From contig OZ024743.1 of the NCBI GenBank assembly GCA_964016885.1, forward strand, positions 167,648,001 to 167,712,000: 64,000 bases of DNA, in the 5' to 3' direction. The notes beneath the pieces are model-generated. The model was not told the origin of the DNA and ran no database searches. It saw nothing but the letters and a program-made list of their open reading frames with translations. Shown piece by piece: positions 40,700 through 53,639 of this stretch. This DNA comes from Eledone cirrhosa. Lineage: Eukaryota. Each line of letters starts with the position of its first letter. Within the stretch, counting starts at the first letter, position 1. Made by a program: the position numbers and the translations under genes.

Positions 40700-41390
40700 T
40701 AAGTAAGTATTCTAACGATCCTGCCAGCATAACCAAGAACCTGGTAAAAACGTTTCTTTGAGGCTTTCCCGTCTATCTACAAACGAGTATATTTTCAACA
40801 ACCATTCCACATATTACAATGAAGCTCTTGCTCGGAGTGGATTTGTCGATAAGGTAGCTTATACAGAGTACGAGAATAGACCTAAGAAAAATAGATCCCG
40901 ACGCATTATATGGTATAACCCACCATATAATATGGAGAAGGCCACACCATTAGCTAAGATTTTCTCTCCTTTATTATGAAGCATTTCCCTCAGCACATAA
41001 ATATAGTAAAATTTTTAATAGAAATACCATTAAAATTTCTTACTCTACGACTCCTAACCTGGCACATAACATCACAGCTTCAAATTTAGCTAAATTACCT
41101 AGCAGTAGGAACATGTGCAACCCTGTAGCTAGTACTAACTGTAATTGTAGGAATCGGGTTGACATCCCCCTATCCGCGAAATGCCTCTCTAGTAACATTG
41201 TCTACAAATGTAAGGTTGAAATACCCACGTCTCGTAGGGCCTACATAGGGTTAACCGCCAATAGATTCAAGCAGCGTATTTACATGCATACCCATTCTTT
41301 TCTTAACCCTTTAAGAAGGAATATGACGTGACTTTCAGCTTATATCTGGAATCTAAAAGACACAATATAAGTTATACTGGGAGATCCTAT
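40700..41390 (+). pseudogene. Naiad-like thumb/GIY-YIG fragment
   Basis: RLSRLSTNEYIFN, RRIIWYNPPY, CNCRNR..PLSAKC, NIVYKC, YIGLTANRFKQR. Confidence 0.85.
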
Positions 41391-41414
41391 ATAAATATAT
41401 ATATATATACACCC

Positions 41415-41574
41415 ATATGTTGATTTAAAACTGCACTATTCACAAGTGTGTTTTAATCTTCATATCATGTCTCCCTATTTTATCTGACGAAAACGCAAAT
41501 GTTATTGCATGATGATATTTGTTTTTGAAATGCGCATAATAAAATACATGGAACTCTTTTAACCATCTTTTGAT

Positions 41575-41580
<6 letters not shown>
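41415..41580 (+). mobile_element. Solo pLTR of the 49354-53600 Naiad family with intact HHR (CUGACGA)
   Basis: Close match to 53340-53505; ends at gatcttata-(TA)n. Confidence 0.85.
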
Positions 41581-41639
<59 letters not shown>

Positions 41640-41929
41640 GTACATAGACATACATACAAACATACACGCACATAAGTATATATATATATATATGCATACA
41701 CACACACGCATATACATATATATACACATATGTACATACATATATATATATACATACACACACCTATACAGACATACACGTACACATGTATACACATACA
41801 TACACACAATATATACACACATGCATAAAAAATAATACGTACATACATATAAACGCATTTATAAAATGGAAGCATACTGTTCCATGCAAATTGGTGCGTG
41901 TATATACTTATAAAGAAATTAGAGATAAG

Positions 41930-42407
41930 GAAGAATTTATATATAAAAAGAAACAAAGAATGCCTTTTACAGGGCAAATGCAATACGAATTCAATCGTAC
42001 ACGAGGCTAAAATAACACCTATTGTGAATAACCAGCCAGCCAGCTGTGAGCGATATGTGGGCATGACGCCAGATAGATTTAAAATCAGATACTACGCACA
42101 TGTCGCTTCCGTCAAACACCCAGACAAAAGAAGAACTACGGCGCTGGCTAATAAAGTGTTGGAGTTAAAAGAACGCAAGATTCCATATTTGATTGATTGG
42201 TCCATTTTAGACTACTCAAAAGAATATCAGAAAGGCACAAAGAAATGTTCTTTGTGTATAACTGAAAAATACAGAATCCTGCAAAATTTGAAAACTTCTA
42301 ATACTTGCCTCAGTTCTAAAACTGAGATCTTCAGAAGTTGTCCACACACGAAATCACATCTTCTTTCCTGCTGGTATTATATAACTTTGAACACTCAACC
42401 AACCTGA
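41930..42407 (+). pseudogene. Naiad-like GIY-YIG fragment related to 30600-31122
   Basis: ECLLQGKCNTNSIVHEA, YVGMTPDRFKIRYYAH, CSLCITEK, RSCPH. Confidence 0.88.
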
Positions 42408-42986
42408 ACTTCCTCATTTTACAAATTAACTCTTCCACTCACTACATTGATCTCTTTAACACATACATTTTACCACAACCATTACACACAATAAATACCC
42501 ACTTATTTATTTTCATTATACCCCCACCCTTTTTATCATACTTTTAACACACACACAACGAGCACCTTCATTCTTTCCACCCTTCTTAACATATTAGAGA
42601 CCTTGAACACTTCTTCCTTTTTAAACTTTAACCTTAACTTTATCTATAACCAAAAACACTTACATATTCACTCTATTCACATATCCTTTGTCATACCCTC
42701 TCACTACCCTCATCACTTTTTCTTTCTACCTACACCCTTACATTTCATTATTTTATTTACGGGAACCTTAATTCTATCTTTCAGATAATATATTCATGGT
42801 TATGTATGAATATATGTTTATATATGTATGCACTTATGTATGTGTTTATATATAATTACGTGTGTATTCTTGCATATTTATGTGTAAATGTATATGTTTA
42901 GTTATATGTATAGTTATATGTATGTGTGTATGTTTCTACATGTCTATATATGTTCTGCATGTACGTATGTGTGCATTAGTATACAA

Positions 42987-43053
<67 letters not shown>

Positions 43054-43062
43054 TATATACAA

Positions 43063-43095
<33 letters not shown>

Positions 43096-43097
43096 TA

Positions 43098-43287
43098 GTA
43101 ATTGTTTCTACTTTAGGCACAAGGCCAGCAATTACCCAGTGCATTACTGGTACTTTATTTCATCGACCCCGTAAGGATGAAAGGCAAAGTCAACCTCGGC
43201 GGGATTTGAACTCAGATCATAAATGAACGTAACTATGCTGGAAAGCATGGCGTCCGACCCTCTACCGATACTGCCAATCCACCGCCC
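43098..43287 (-). mobile_element. tRNA-derived SINE, copy 3
   Basis: Near-identical to 16775-16962; flanked by tatagtaat repeats. Confidence 0.9.
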
Positions 43288-43539
43288 TGGTAATTATAGT
43301 AATAATAATAAATTTGAAGACTAAAATACAAGGAGAACTCGATAAGGAAAACATATATCAAATATATAAGAACCGTAGAGCAAATAATTGTTTTTCACCG
43401 CTCCAAATAATGACGTATTATATTCGTTTTTTCCCGTTCTTTGCCAGGGAACGTTTCCACGAACCAAAGTATCGTCGTCTTCCTCCGGTTGCAACGTTTT
43501 TTGAAATATTCACTTCTGCGTTCACAGATTGACTTTGTT

Positions 43540-43590
43540 AGTTTCAGAAGATCCCGTTAAGGGTGAAAGTAGCGATTCTTTGCTTAAACT
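43540..43590 (+). ncRNA. HHR variant with CAGAAGA core (copy 2)
   Basis: Same as 40004-40054 with a U-G wobble in stem III. Confidence 0.7.
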
Positions 43591-43601
43591 TTAATCTGTT
43601 A

Positions 43602-43641
<40 letters not shown>

Positions 43642-43734
43642 ATTTACATATACATAATGTCACAGATATATATGTGGCAACCGGTCACGTTGTGGCTCAA
43701 TGAAGAATTAATAAATTAAATAATCAGAGCAATA

Positions 43735-44221
43735 TATCATATATCATGTCCTTAGAATTATTAGATAACATATATACAATTCCCCCCCCCCCATTAGCAT
43801 AATTAACCATATAAAAAATCAATTAGACCAGGCTATAAGAAGAAATAAAGGCTCCTATGAAGAAATATTTGATAAATAACCGAAAGCGGCCTCTTCGCGG
43901 TGACCCCAATAGAGTATTTACCCAACATTTCTCTAGGTTTATCCTTAACAGTAGGATATCTAAGAATACGGACGAAACCATGGTAGAGATGTAATTACAG
44001 TATGTACACGTTTCTTCTAAGTTTAAATTTACACCTAATTGTGTATGGTTGACGGTATATTTAGTCAGTTTCTACATGCTGTTCGGTTATTTATCAAATA
44101 TTTCTTAATAGGAGCCTTTATTCTTATAGCCTGGTCTAATTGATTTTTTATATGGTTAATTATGCTAATTGGGAGAGGAAATGGTATATATTTTATCTAA
44201 CAATTCTAAGGACATGATTTA

Positions 44222-44228
<7 letters not shown>
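43735..44228. repeat. ~150-bp inverted arms around a ~195-bp spacer with an HHR 3' half
   Basis: 43735-43884 is the reverse complement of ~44082-44228; spacer contains ggac-GAAA-ccatgg-UA-gagatg but no CUGANGA. Confidence 0.75.
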
Positions 44229-44276
<48 letters not shown>

Positions 44277-44653
44277 TGTGCGTGTATATATTTATGTACG
44301 TATATCTCATAGTATTTATATTTTTATCTATTTAATTTTTTTACCTGTGTATATATATACACACTTTTTCTATTAATTGCATTTCCATACTTCTATGTCT
44401 CTATACATGCACGCTTCCGTAAATGTATATGTGTTTTCATGTATTTTTATATGTTTTCCTTTCTTTCTTCCCCCTTTTTTCATATATGTATATGTATATA
44501 TGTTTGTATATTTATTTTTGCATGTTTATGCGTACGTATGTACAAATATATGGTTTTTTATATTTTCACATTTGTGTGTACGCATGTATATATGTGAGTA
44601 TATGTGTGTATACATGTGTACATATGGAAGTATAGTAAAATCTATCCATATGT

Positions 44654-44702
<49 letters not shown>

Positions 44703-45433
44703 CATGTGGGTGTGGGTGGATGTATGTATGATTTTTATGTGTGTGTGTGTTTAAGTATGTGTGTATATATGTGTATATATATATCACATACGAAACGGAG
44801 AATCAGTGGTGCGACGAATTTACATTTATTAGACATATTACAACCATTTCTCTGGCGACCAGCTCAAGGAACGATCGATGCGATGATCGAACCTGACTCT
44901 GAAATCGCAAGATCCTCAGATACGTCTCAATCTTTCGAAGCAGAGTTTCGAAATGTCCAGGTAATCCCGCGGCCTTCGATCGCCAGCTTCTATCCTGTTC
45001 TTGTCGGTCGATGAGTGATCAAGAATTGTACACGTCATCGGTATTTCTGACCACTCATGGCCGTCCATTTTTCTGGTTCCATTCATATGTCACCTGTCAA
45101 TCAAAGTTGTTTCTTTTACTGGTGTAGGAGGTAAGGGGTTGTATGAGTGAAACCCCTGCGCACTATCACAGCCATATCGGCCTGTAGACACCCACACACG
45201 TATCCATGTTTCGCGCAAGCGTGATACATATGGGCTCGTATACACACACAACAATCATACACACACGGCAACTGTATGATATACTAAAATCACAGTAAAT
45301 ATTAAGTGTGCAGCGAATACTTGGAAAGAATAAAAAATAAACTTAGAAAAACGTGGAAAAACATGCCTGTACACATACTTAGAGAGATGCATATATCAGT
45401 AAAAATAATACACATACATATATATGTCTCCAT

Positions 45434-45464
<31 letters not shown>

Positions 45465-45927
45465 CACATGTAGAGGCGTATAGCTATAGTGCATACTGAA
45501 GAGTACAGTGAATACGTAGTAAATACGCAGATACTATATAAAGACATTTAAAAACACTTCAAAAAGCCCTTAAAAAACCCCCCTTAAAGCACCCTCAAAA
45601 AGCCCATGGAAAAACAAAAAAAAAAACGCTTAAAACAACACACACCCCCAAAACATAAAAAAAAAAAAACATTTTAAAAAACGCTTGAAAGAACCTCTCA
45701 AAAAAATTATTTCAAAAGATAAATACACATACATATATATATACACACACACATTACTCTCAGGAAAGCATACATATTCAAGACACATACATGAAAAAAC
45801 ACATATGCATGCACATACATGTATGTGATTGTATGTGTGTGTATGTATGCATATACATGTTTGTGCATGTTTATGTGTATGTATGTGTGTGAGTATAAGT
45901 ATATGTGTGGGTAGATGTTTATGTATG

Positions 45928-46008
<81 letters not shown>

Positions 46009-46417
46009 ATAGTCGTAGCTATGGTGCTTCCGTAGGCGGTATGCCAAAATTAGCACTCGATATTCATCAGAGTAGAGTGTAGATATTATCAAGAAAACGA
46101 AAAATCAGTGATGCATCTGGACTTAGTTTATTTCGTGTTACAAATGTTTCACCGGCATGTAGCTCGAGTCATGGTCCTTGTATGGATCTGGCTGATTCTA
46201 CTCCTGCAGGTTCTTTCAGACACGGCTGTTATGTCCGGAGCAAATTTTATCACTGGGGTGTTGTCATCAAAACAACACCCTCAAAAAACCTTCTTTCCAC
46301 TCTTGTCATGCCATTGGCTGTTTTTACTCCACGTCATCACAAGTTCTGGTCAGTATCTGTTGCCACACGGTTCATCAACCATTTTCCGTCCGACATATAT
46401 AATTACATATATATAAT

Positions 46418-46454
<37 letters not shown>

Positions 46455-46456
<2 letters not shown>

Positions 46457-46898
46457 TATTCTAAGGCGGGTAAAATTCCCGAGATCCATGGACGAGTTCT
46501 CTCCAGCGGTCTCTGTCCCTCATTATCGCTGCCATGTCCTGCGTCTCCAATAGACCAGTGTCTGTCCTTAGGGCATCAACATACGTTAACCTTGGTCTTC
46601 CTCTTCTAGTGTGTCCATGTAGGGGCTCCCAAAGGAGCACTGAGTGCAATGTCAACTCTGGATGTCGGTGAGCATGTCCAGCTAACCTCAGTCTCCTCTG
46701 TGTCACTTTTGAGCTGACTTTTGGGATGCTCCCATACAGCTCTGAGATTTTCATTCTCAGTGTATACTGATTAATGTTCAGAGCCATCCTCAGCATTCTC
46801 GTGTAGCACCCATCCACCATCTGAGTGAGTTTCTTGGTCAGTGTCCAAGTCTCAGACCCATACAGCAGCACAGACTCCACTACAGCAATGAAGAGGCG
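46455..46898 (-). mobile_element. RTE-clade LINE 3' fragment
   Basis: [37 protein letters not shown]; internally deleted copy at 53636-53784. Confidence 0.88.
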
Positions 46899-47161
46899 GA
46901 TATATATATATTTATTATTTTTCCCCATTACATTACGTTCTATTTTTTCCCGTTATTTTATTTTATATTATATATCAGCCTCGCTTTCAATTGTTTTAGC
47001 CTTTGTTTTTAAATTGATATCTTACGTCCATATTAAATAAAATTTCATTCTGATGAGCGATTTCAGACGTATGTGTCGAGCTCGTCTGTCTTCTTGAGAC
47101 TTTTGATAAATGGAATAACTGTTTTATGTTGTTTATTACATAACTATATATATATATATAT

Positions 47162-47208
<47 letters not shown>

Positions 47209-47309
47209 TATATATATTTTTTTAACGATCGACTCTCGTCAAATCGGACCGAGGAAACAATGTTTCCGTTGGTCTTTCCAATTGCTAATACTATCTATAG
47301 GTCGCAACT

Positions 47310-47382
47310 CCAGGTAGAAGGAGCAACGTGAAATAAAGTGTCTTGCTCAATGACATAACGCATCGCCCGGTCCAGGAATTGA

Positions 47383-47385
<3 letters not shown>
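47310..47385 (-). mobile_element. Fragment of second SINE family
   Basis: ggagcaacgtgaaataaagtgtcttgctc shared with 56853-56880. Confidence 0.6.
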
Positions 47386-47449
<64 letters not shown>

Positions 47450-47454
<5 letters not shown>

Positions 47455-48855
47455 GGCAGTTGCTGAGGGAACACGTCCCATCTGCCTCGTAGGGTTTGTT
47501 GGAGAGGCATCTTCGCAGCGAAGGTCCTGTGTGGGCCAAATGTATGTCAAGTCCCTCCGTCCGTATGGCCCTGCGGATGGCGTTCGTGGTATATTCACTC
47601 AGGTGGGGGATTTTAAAGAAGCACCTGCTAATATTAAGTTTTCTTGTGGGTGTCAGTCTACTGGGTCTGGGGTCTCTAATTCCCTTAATCAGTCGCTTGG
47701 GATAACCATTAGATCTGAGTAGATTACGGAATTGCGTGGTATGGGTGAGACCACCCATCGGGTCGCTGCATCTGTTAGTGATCCGTGTCAGTTCTGCCTC
47801 TCCACCAAACCCTACGAGGCAGATGGGACGTGTTCCCTCAGCAACTGCCCGATACGGGGGGCAGATTGCCTACGCACCTATGTCGTATATAAGATTCAAT
47901 GCGATAAATGTAACAAGTTTTACATAAGTAGCACCATCCGACCCCTACATGTTCGTATCAAGGAACATATCAACACCAACGCATCTTCCTTCCGTAAACA
48001 TATCCTTAAATGCGGAAACCCACAGGGTAGACCCTTGGTCACAGTCCTAGCGACTGAACGCAGCATCGGATCCTTAAGGATAAAGGAAGCACTTGTTATT
48101 AAGAACCTCAGACCCCCACTTAACAACCGGGCTGAGAGAAATGAGCTGACATGGCTAACTTAACCATAATGACCATTCACAGCCTACGGCCTGCTATCTT
48201 CACACACACGCACGTATATGCATACCCATACGCATGCACACACACTTCTATTTTTTACACGCACACATGTTCTTACAACCTACCACCTTTCACACCCTTT
48301 GATTTCCAGCTTCTACAGCCCACTATCTTTCACACACAAACGCACTCACACATATACACACACAGTTACACACACACATGTATACCCATACGCTTACACA
48401 CACACACATCTATATTTATACACGCACACATATTTTACAACCTACCACCTTTCACACCCTTTGATTTCCAACTTCTACAGCCCACTATCTTTCACACACA
48501 CACACACTCACACATATACACACTTACACTTATACACACACAGTCACACACACATATATATTTACATACACATATCTTACGGCTTTCACACGCTAACGCA
48601 CCCTCTTGATTTAACCCATTTGGTCAGTAGCTTTTGCCACAGCTTATCACGCGCACGCGCATTCTTTCCCTCGTTTAAATTTTAAATATTTTTCTCCCCA
48701 TAACGGCATTCCTGTCTTAACGACATCACCACTTTCTCCGCTTGGCCTGTTTTCCCCCCTTTTGGAACTTTTCCCCCGTTGATGGGCGTGAGCCCGAAAT
48801 ATTGGGATTAAATCTCTACTACGGTAACCCTTCTACCTTTGTTTTGTTTTCATCT
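47450..48855 (+). mobile_element. PLE 3' fragment with 5' inversion: minus arm 47450-47790, plus arm with GIY-YIG and pLTR
   Basis: CSLSNCP, VVYKIQCDKCNKFYISSTIRPLHVRIKEH, LRIKEALVI..PPLN; 47450-47510 duplicates 47797-47854 in inverse; degenerate HHR (ttgat-gggc-gtga-gccc-GAAA-tatt-ggga) near 48772-48807. Confidence 0.85.
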
Positions 48856-48856
48856 T

Positions 48857-49357
<501 letters not shown>

Positions 49358-50464
49358 ATCAAAAGATGGTTAAAGGAGTTCCATATATTTTATTATGCGC
49401 ATTTCAAAAACAAACATCATCATGCAATAATATTTGTGTTTTCATTAGATAAAATAGGAGAACATGATATGAAGGCTAAAAAACACTTGTGGATAGTGCA
49501 GTTTTAAATCAACATATGAAAAGTGGTTTTAGATTGATGTGTGATATTGGGAAAAATATTTTATTTAGAGAGGGGGGGGGGGAGAAAGGATGAAAAGGGA
49601 AGGAGATGAGAGGGAGAGATGGGTGATAGAGAGAAAGAGATAGTTTTTATGACTGAGAGGAGATATATTTTTTACATAGAGAGGTTGAAAACCGTTGGAA
49701 GATACTGTATAAATTAAAAATTTTGAAAATTAACGAAGGGAGGATATGTGCGAGGAAAAAATATTTTATTTAGGGAGGGGGGTGGAAAGGATGAAAAAAA
49801 GGGGGAGGAGATGAGAGTGAAGGTGGAGAGGGAGAGATGGGTGATAGAGAGAAAGAGATAGTTTTTATAACTGAGAAAAAGATATATTGTTTTAATATAG
49901 AGAGGTTGGGAACCGTTGGAAGATAATGTATAAATTAAAGGAATTTGAAAATTAACGAAGGGAAATTATGTATGAAGATAGAGAGAAAAAAATAATAATT
50001 GTGGGTGAATATTCTAACGTCAAAAAAAGAAATGTATGTATTGTGGCAATTTCAAAATTAGCGAAGAGAAAAATTGTTAAGGTTTGTGTGTAGAAGGATT
50101 TGAGAAAAATAATGTGAAGTTAAAGTTTGTATATTGATTGAATTGATAATATGTGCGAATAAAGAGTTAATATGTATTAATAATGAGTTCGTTGATGGGG
50201 AGAAAAAAATAATAATAAATTAAGGATGAAATTGAGATTAAAAAGATTTATGATAGAGAGAAAAAATAATAATGATTGCGGATGAATATTCTAATGACAA
50301 AAACAAATGTTATGATTTTACAAGAAGATAGAATGAGGGTAATGAGTAAACGAGTATTATAGAGTGTATAATGCCCTTTAAAGTAAGGTAGATGGGTATA
50401 TTTTAAAGAGGTGTATGTATATGTGCCTTTGAGAAAAGATTCTAAATTGATAAAGAATTGAATA

Positions 50465-52927
50465 TTAACTGTATACTTTGTGAAAAGTTCTATGGAATTT
50501 ATGCAGGCAGATAGAAAACAAATCTGAGCGTCTATTTATTATAGAATCTAGGTTAGAGATAATGGTAAATTTTTCATTTAGGCAGAGATTACAGATTTTA
50601 GATATAGAGCTGTTCAAGTATGAGGATGCAGAAGAAATCTTCTTCCAAAAGATGGTATATTTAATGTTTTTGTCTTTTAAGGACCATATGAGTTCTGAGA
50701 GAGCAGTGTTAGTTCTTTTAAGTTTGTATTTGAAAGATGAATGATGATTATAGAGACGAGCTTTAAAAGAGGTGGAAGTGGAGCCAAAATAGGTGAAGGA
50801 ATTGGTGCTAGTTATAATTTTACATTCATAAATTAAGTTTTTATCGAGGCAATGGTTGTTGAGAGGACAGTTATTTTTAATGCGGCAGTTGCAATTAGAG
50901 AGATTATTAATGAGTGATCTAGTGTTATCTATAGAAGGAATTGGATTGGAGAAGTTGTTTGCGATAGGAATAATAGGAATAATAGTTTCTTGATTTAGAG
51001 TTGGATTATGAACATTTAGCGAAGTTGTGTTTGACGTTGTATTTGGGTTTACAGAAGTTAGCCTAGGGTTTACAATGACGTCGGGAGTACTATTACTGTT
51101 ATTATGAAATTCAATATTGGAAGGAAGAGATTTAGTATTTAATATTTTGTTGTTGTCTTTAGAGATGATGTTGGAAATATTGGAGGATGTAGAATACGAA
51201 AATTTGATGGTGTGTTTGTTAAATATTTTACTATAGATATGTGAGGGAGGGAAGCATTTATTTAAGGCACTAAAAAATAATTTAGGAATATTGTTATTAA
51301 TAGAGATGGAGAAAGGAGCATTATACCAGATTATGTTTTTGTATCTAGGTCTTTTATTAAAATTATTGGAATGGTCATGATTAATTATTCTACTGTAAGT
51401 TTTTCTAGAATTTGTTTCTTTATTATATTTGATTTTATCTGGATAGCCGGCTTTAGAAAGTGCGTTATTATAGTAATTGACGTTAGCATCAAAGATGTTT
51501 TTATTAGAAGATATGTTAGATATTCTATTTCCAATATTATTAACTATAGCATTCTTGATATTGGTAGGATGGTTAGATTTAAAGTTAACATAATTAAGGT
51601 TCTCATTGTTTTTATGGTAAGGGTAATATAGGCCAGTGTCAAGATTAAGAGATACATCCAAGAAATTAGCTAGTTTGATACTATTATCAAATTCAATTTT
51701 TAGGTTATGTTGGTTAAAGAGATTACGTATATTGTTCTTAATAATATTAAGTTTAACTATATTGCAATTTAGGATAGTAAAAAGCCCATCGTCACGATAA
51801 ATTCCACCGCGAAGTTGAGGAATTTTCCGACTCAAAGAGTTCAAAATGAAGATACCAATTAAATCAGTCAATTGGGATGAATCGGATGCTCCCATTGTGA
51901 TGTCGAAGTTGTTAGAGGTATCGGCTCTGGTCCAATATTCGTTGTTGAACTCTAGGATGGTTTTACGTGCGGTGAGGATGATGTGAAGTTCATCTGTGGT
52001 GATGTCAGAATATTTAAGTGCGAAATATAGAGCATTATTGAGAAGTGAAGGCGAAATGGAGGAATAGTAGCTGGCAATATCAAATTGAATAAATTTTAGT
52101 TTGTTTTTATTATCCAATTTGTTGAACCAGCCAATCACTTCAGAAGTACCAAACCATAAATTTAGGTTCAAAGAAGAGCAATTAGAACTAACCTGTGGGA
52201 TAATCCTATCCAAGATGGCTTTACTAACAACCCCCAGATCAGATTTAGAGGGGGCGATTAATCTAACAGGTAGTTCAGTGCGAAAATTGTTTTTGTGATC
52301 CTTGAGATTTATCCTCGGAGTTCTTGGGAGGAATGGTTCGGTCTTTTTTTCAATGCCAAGTGTTGACATAATCTCATAGGCTTCAAGGTTTATGCATTCT
52401 AAATTTTCATGGTTGGTTTTACGATACTTTTTCCTAAGTTCCTTTAGGATAAGGTTGTTATAATTATCCTTGGAAATACCATATAGGTTATTGGTTTTGT
52501 CAGAGTGGACTAAAACATTTTTTGAGGAATTTAGGTTAGAGATTGTGTTCTTGAGATTTACAAGGTGCTCTTGTCCTTTGTAAGGGTATCTCTTGAATTT
52601 AAGATTTTTTATTATTTTAGTTAATTCTTCCTCGAATTGTACTAGATTTTTGTTGGAAGGAGGATTTCGTCTAGAATTAAAAAGATGATCGAGGAAGTTG
52701 TGTTCTTTGGTACGAAAGTTCCCTTTTAGGCGCTGGTCATAGAAATAGGCTGTCCATCTAAGTCTTCTTACGAAGGAGTCAGTTTTTTCAATAAGAAGTT
52801 TGGTGAATTCAGATTTACCAGGTATAGGAATGTCTTTAGTTGAATTGGTTATGTTGTAATAATCCATGTTGTAGAAGAAGAGGTGAAGGACCATCAAAAG
52901 GTATCCAATATGAGAGTAAGCGCTCAA
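50465..52927 (-). CDS. Intact PLE protein (Naiad-like): RT + Cys linker + C-terminal GIY-YIG endonuclease, 820 aa (true start may be an ATG near 52868-52895)
   Basis: KDIPIP, SDKTNNLY, LKDHKNNF, QFDIASYYSSI, FDITMGASDS, GIYRDDGL, NFLDV, CNCRIKNNCPL, LIYECK..YFGST, CNLCLNEK. Confidence 0.95.
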   Translation of the reverse strand: MSAYSHIGYLLMVLHLFFYNMDYYNITNSTKDIPIPGKSEFTKLLIEKTDSFVRRLRWTAYFYDQRLKGNFRTKEHNFLDHLFNSRRNPPSNKNLVQFEEELTKIIKNLKFKRYPYKGQEHLVNLKNTISNLNSSKNVLVHSDKTNNLYGISKDNYNNLILKELRKKYRKTNHENLECINLEAYEIMSTLGIEKKTEPFLPRTPRINLKDHKNNFRTELPVRLIAPSKSDLGVVSKAILDRIIPQVSSNCSSLNLNLWFGTSEVIGWFNKLDNKNKLKFIQFDIASYYSSISPSLLNNALYFALKYSDITTDELHIILTARKTILEFNNEYWTRADTSNNFDITMGASDSSQLTDLIGIFILNSLSRKIPQLRGGIYRDDGLFTILNCNIVKLNIIKNNIRNLFNQHNLKIEFDNSIKLANFLDVSLNLDTGLYYPYHKNNENLNYVNFKSNHPTNIKNAIVNNIGNRISNISSNKNIFDANVNYYNNALSKAGYPDKIKYNKETNSRKTYSRIINHDHSNNFNKRPRYKNIIWYNAPFSISINNNIPKLFFSALNKCFPPSHIYSKIFNKHTIKFSYSTSSNISNIISKDNNKILNTKSLPSNIEFHNNSNSTPDVIVNPRLTSVNPNTTSNTTSLNVHNPTLNQETIIPIIPIANNFSNPIPSIDNTRSLINNLSNCNCRIKNNCPLNNHCLDKNLIYECKIITSTNSFTYFGSTSTSFKARLYNHHSSFKYKLKRTNTALSELIWSLKDKNIKYTIFWKKISSASSYLNSSISKICNLCLNEKFTIISNLDSIINRRSDLFSICLHKFHRTFHKVYS

Positions 52928-53401
52928 CCGTTAAGGAGCAAGTTAATGTAGGAGGTGAGTTTTATTGTAGTACAATAAAGCAATGCAGATATCGGATAAG
53001 AAGCACTCTACAGTTTGTGGGACTGGAGTATGCATAATATAAGATCAAAAGATGGTTAAAGGAGTTCATCCTTTCCACCCCCCTCCCCAAATAAAATATT
53101 TTTTCCTCGCACATATCCTCCCTTCGTTAATTTTCAAAATTTTTAATTTATACAGTATCTTCCAACGGTTTTCAACCTCTCTATGTAAAAAATATATCTC
53201 CTCTCAGTTATAAAAACTATCTCTTTCTCTCTATCACCCATCTCTCCCTCTCATCTCCTTCCCTTTTCATCCTTTCTCCCCCCCCTCTCTAAATAAAATA
53301 TTTTTCCCAATATCACACATCAATCTAAAACCACTTTTCATATGTTGATTTAAAACTGCACTATCCACAAGTGTTTTTTTAGCCTTCATATCATGTTCTC
53401 C

Positions 53402-53472
53402 TATTTTATCTGATGAAAACACAAATATTATTGCATGATGATGTTTGTTTTTGAAATGCGCATAATAAAATA
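53402..53472 (+). ncRNA. Type I hammerhead ribozyme in the inverted pLTR arm
   Basis: tattttat-CUGAUGA-aaacacaaatatta..gatgtttgttttt-GAAA-U-gcgc-A-UA-ataaaata; the 3' copy (~49385-49456) carries CUAAUGA. Confidence 0.88.
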
Positions 53473-53596
53473 TATGGAACTCCTTTAACCATCTTTTGAT
53501 CTTATATTATGCATACTCCAGTCCCACAAACTGTAGAGTGCTTCTTATCCGATATCTGCATTGCTTTATTGTACTACAATAAAACTCACCTCCTAC

Positions 53597-53635
<39 letters not shown>

Positions 53636-53639
<4 letters not shown>

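Larger units (their letters stand above)
49352..53600 (-). mobile_element. Full-length Naiad-like PLE with 3' pLTR, partial 5' tandem pLTR and inverted arm (53068-53600)
   Basis: 49352-49381 repeated at 53038-53067; 53068-53505 is the reverse complement of 49352-49792; 53505-53600 is the reverse complement of 52944-53040; (TA)n at both ends. Confidence 0.93.

Noticed and set aside
46020-46075. Minus-strand CUGAUGA as an HHR
   Set aside because: No properly placed GAAA..UH or stem I.
47043-47115. HHR related to the 38787 family
   Set aside because: GAAA is GAGA and stems II/III are disrupted; treated as a dead relic.
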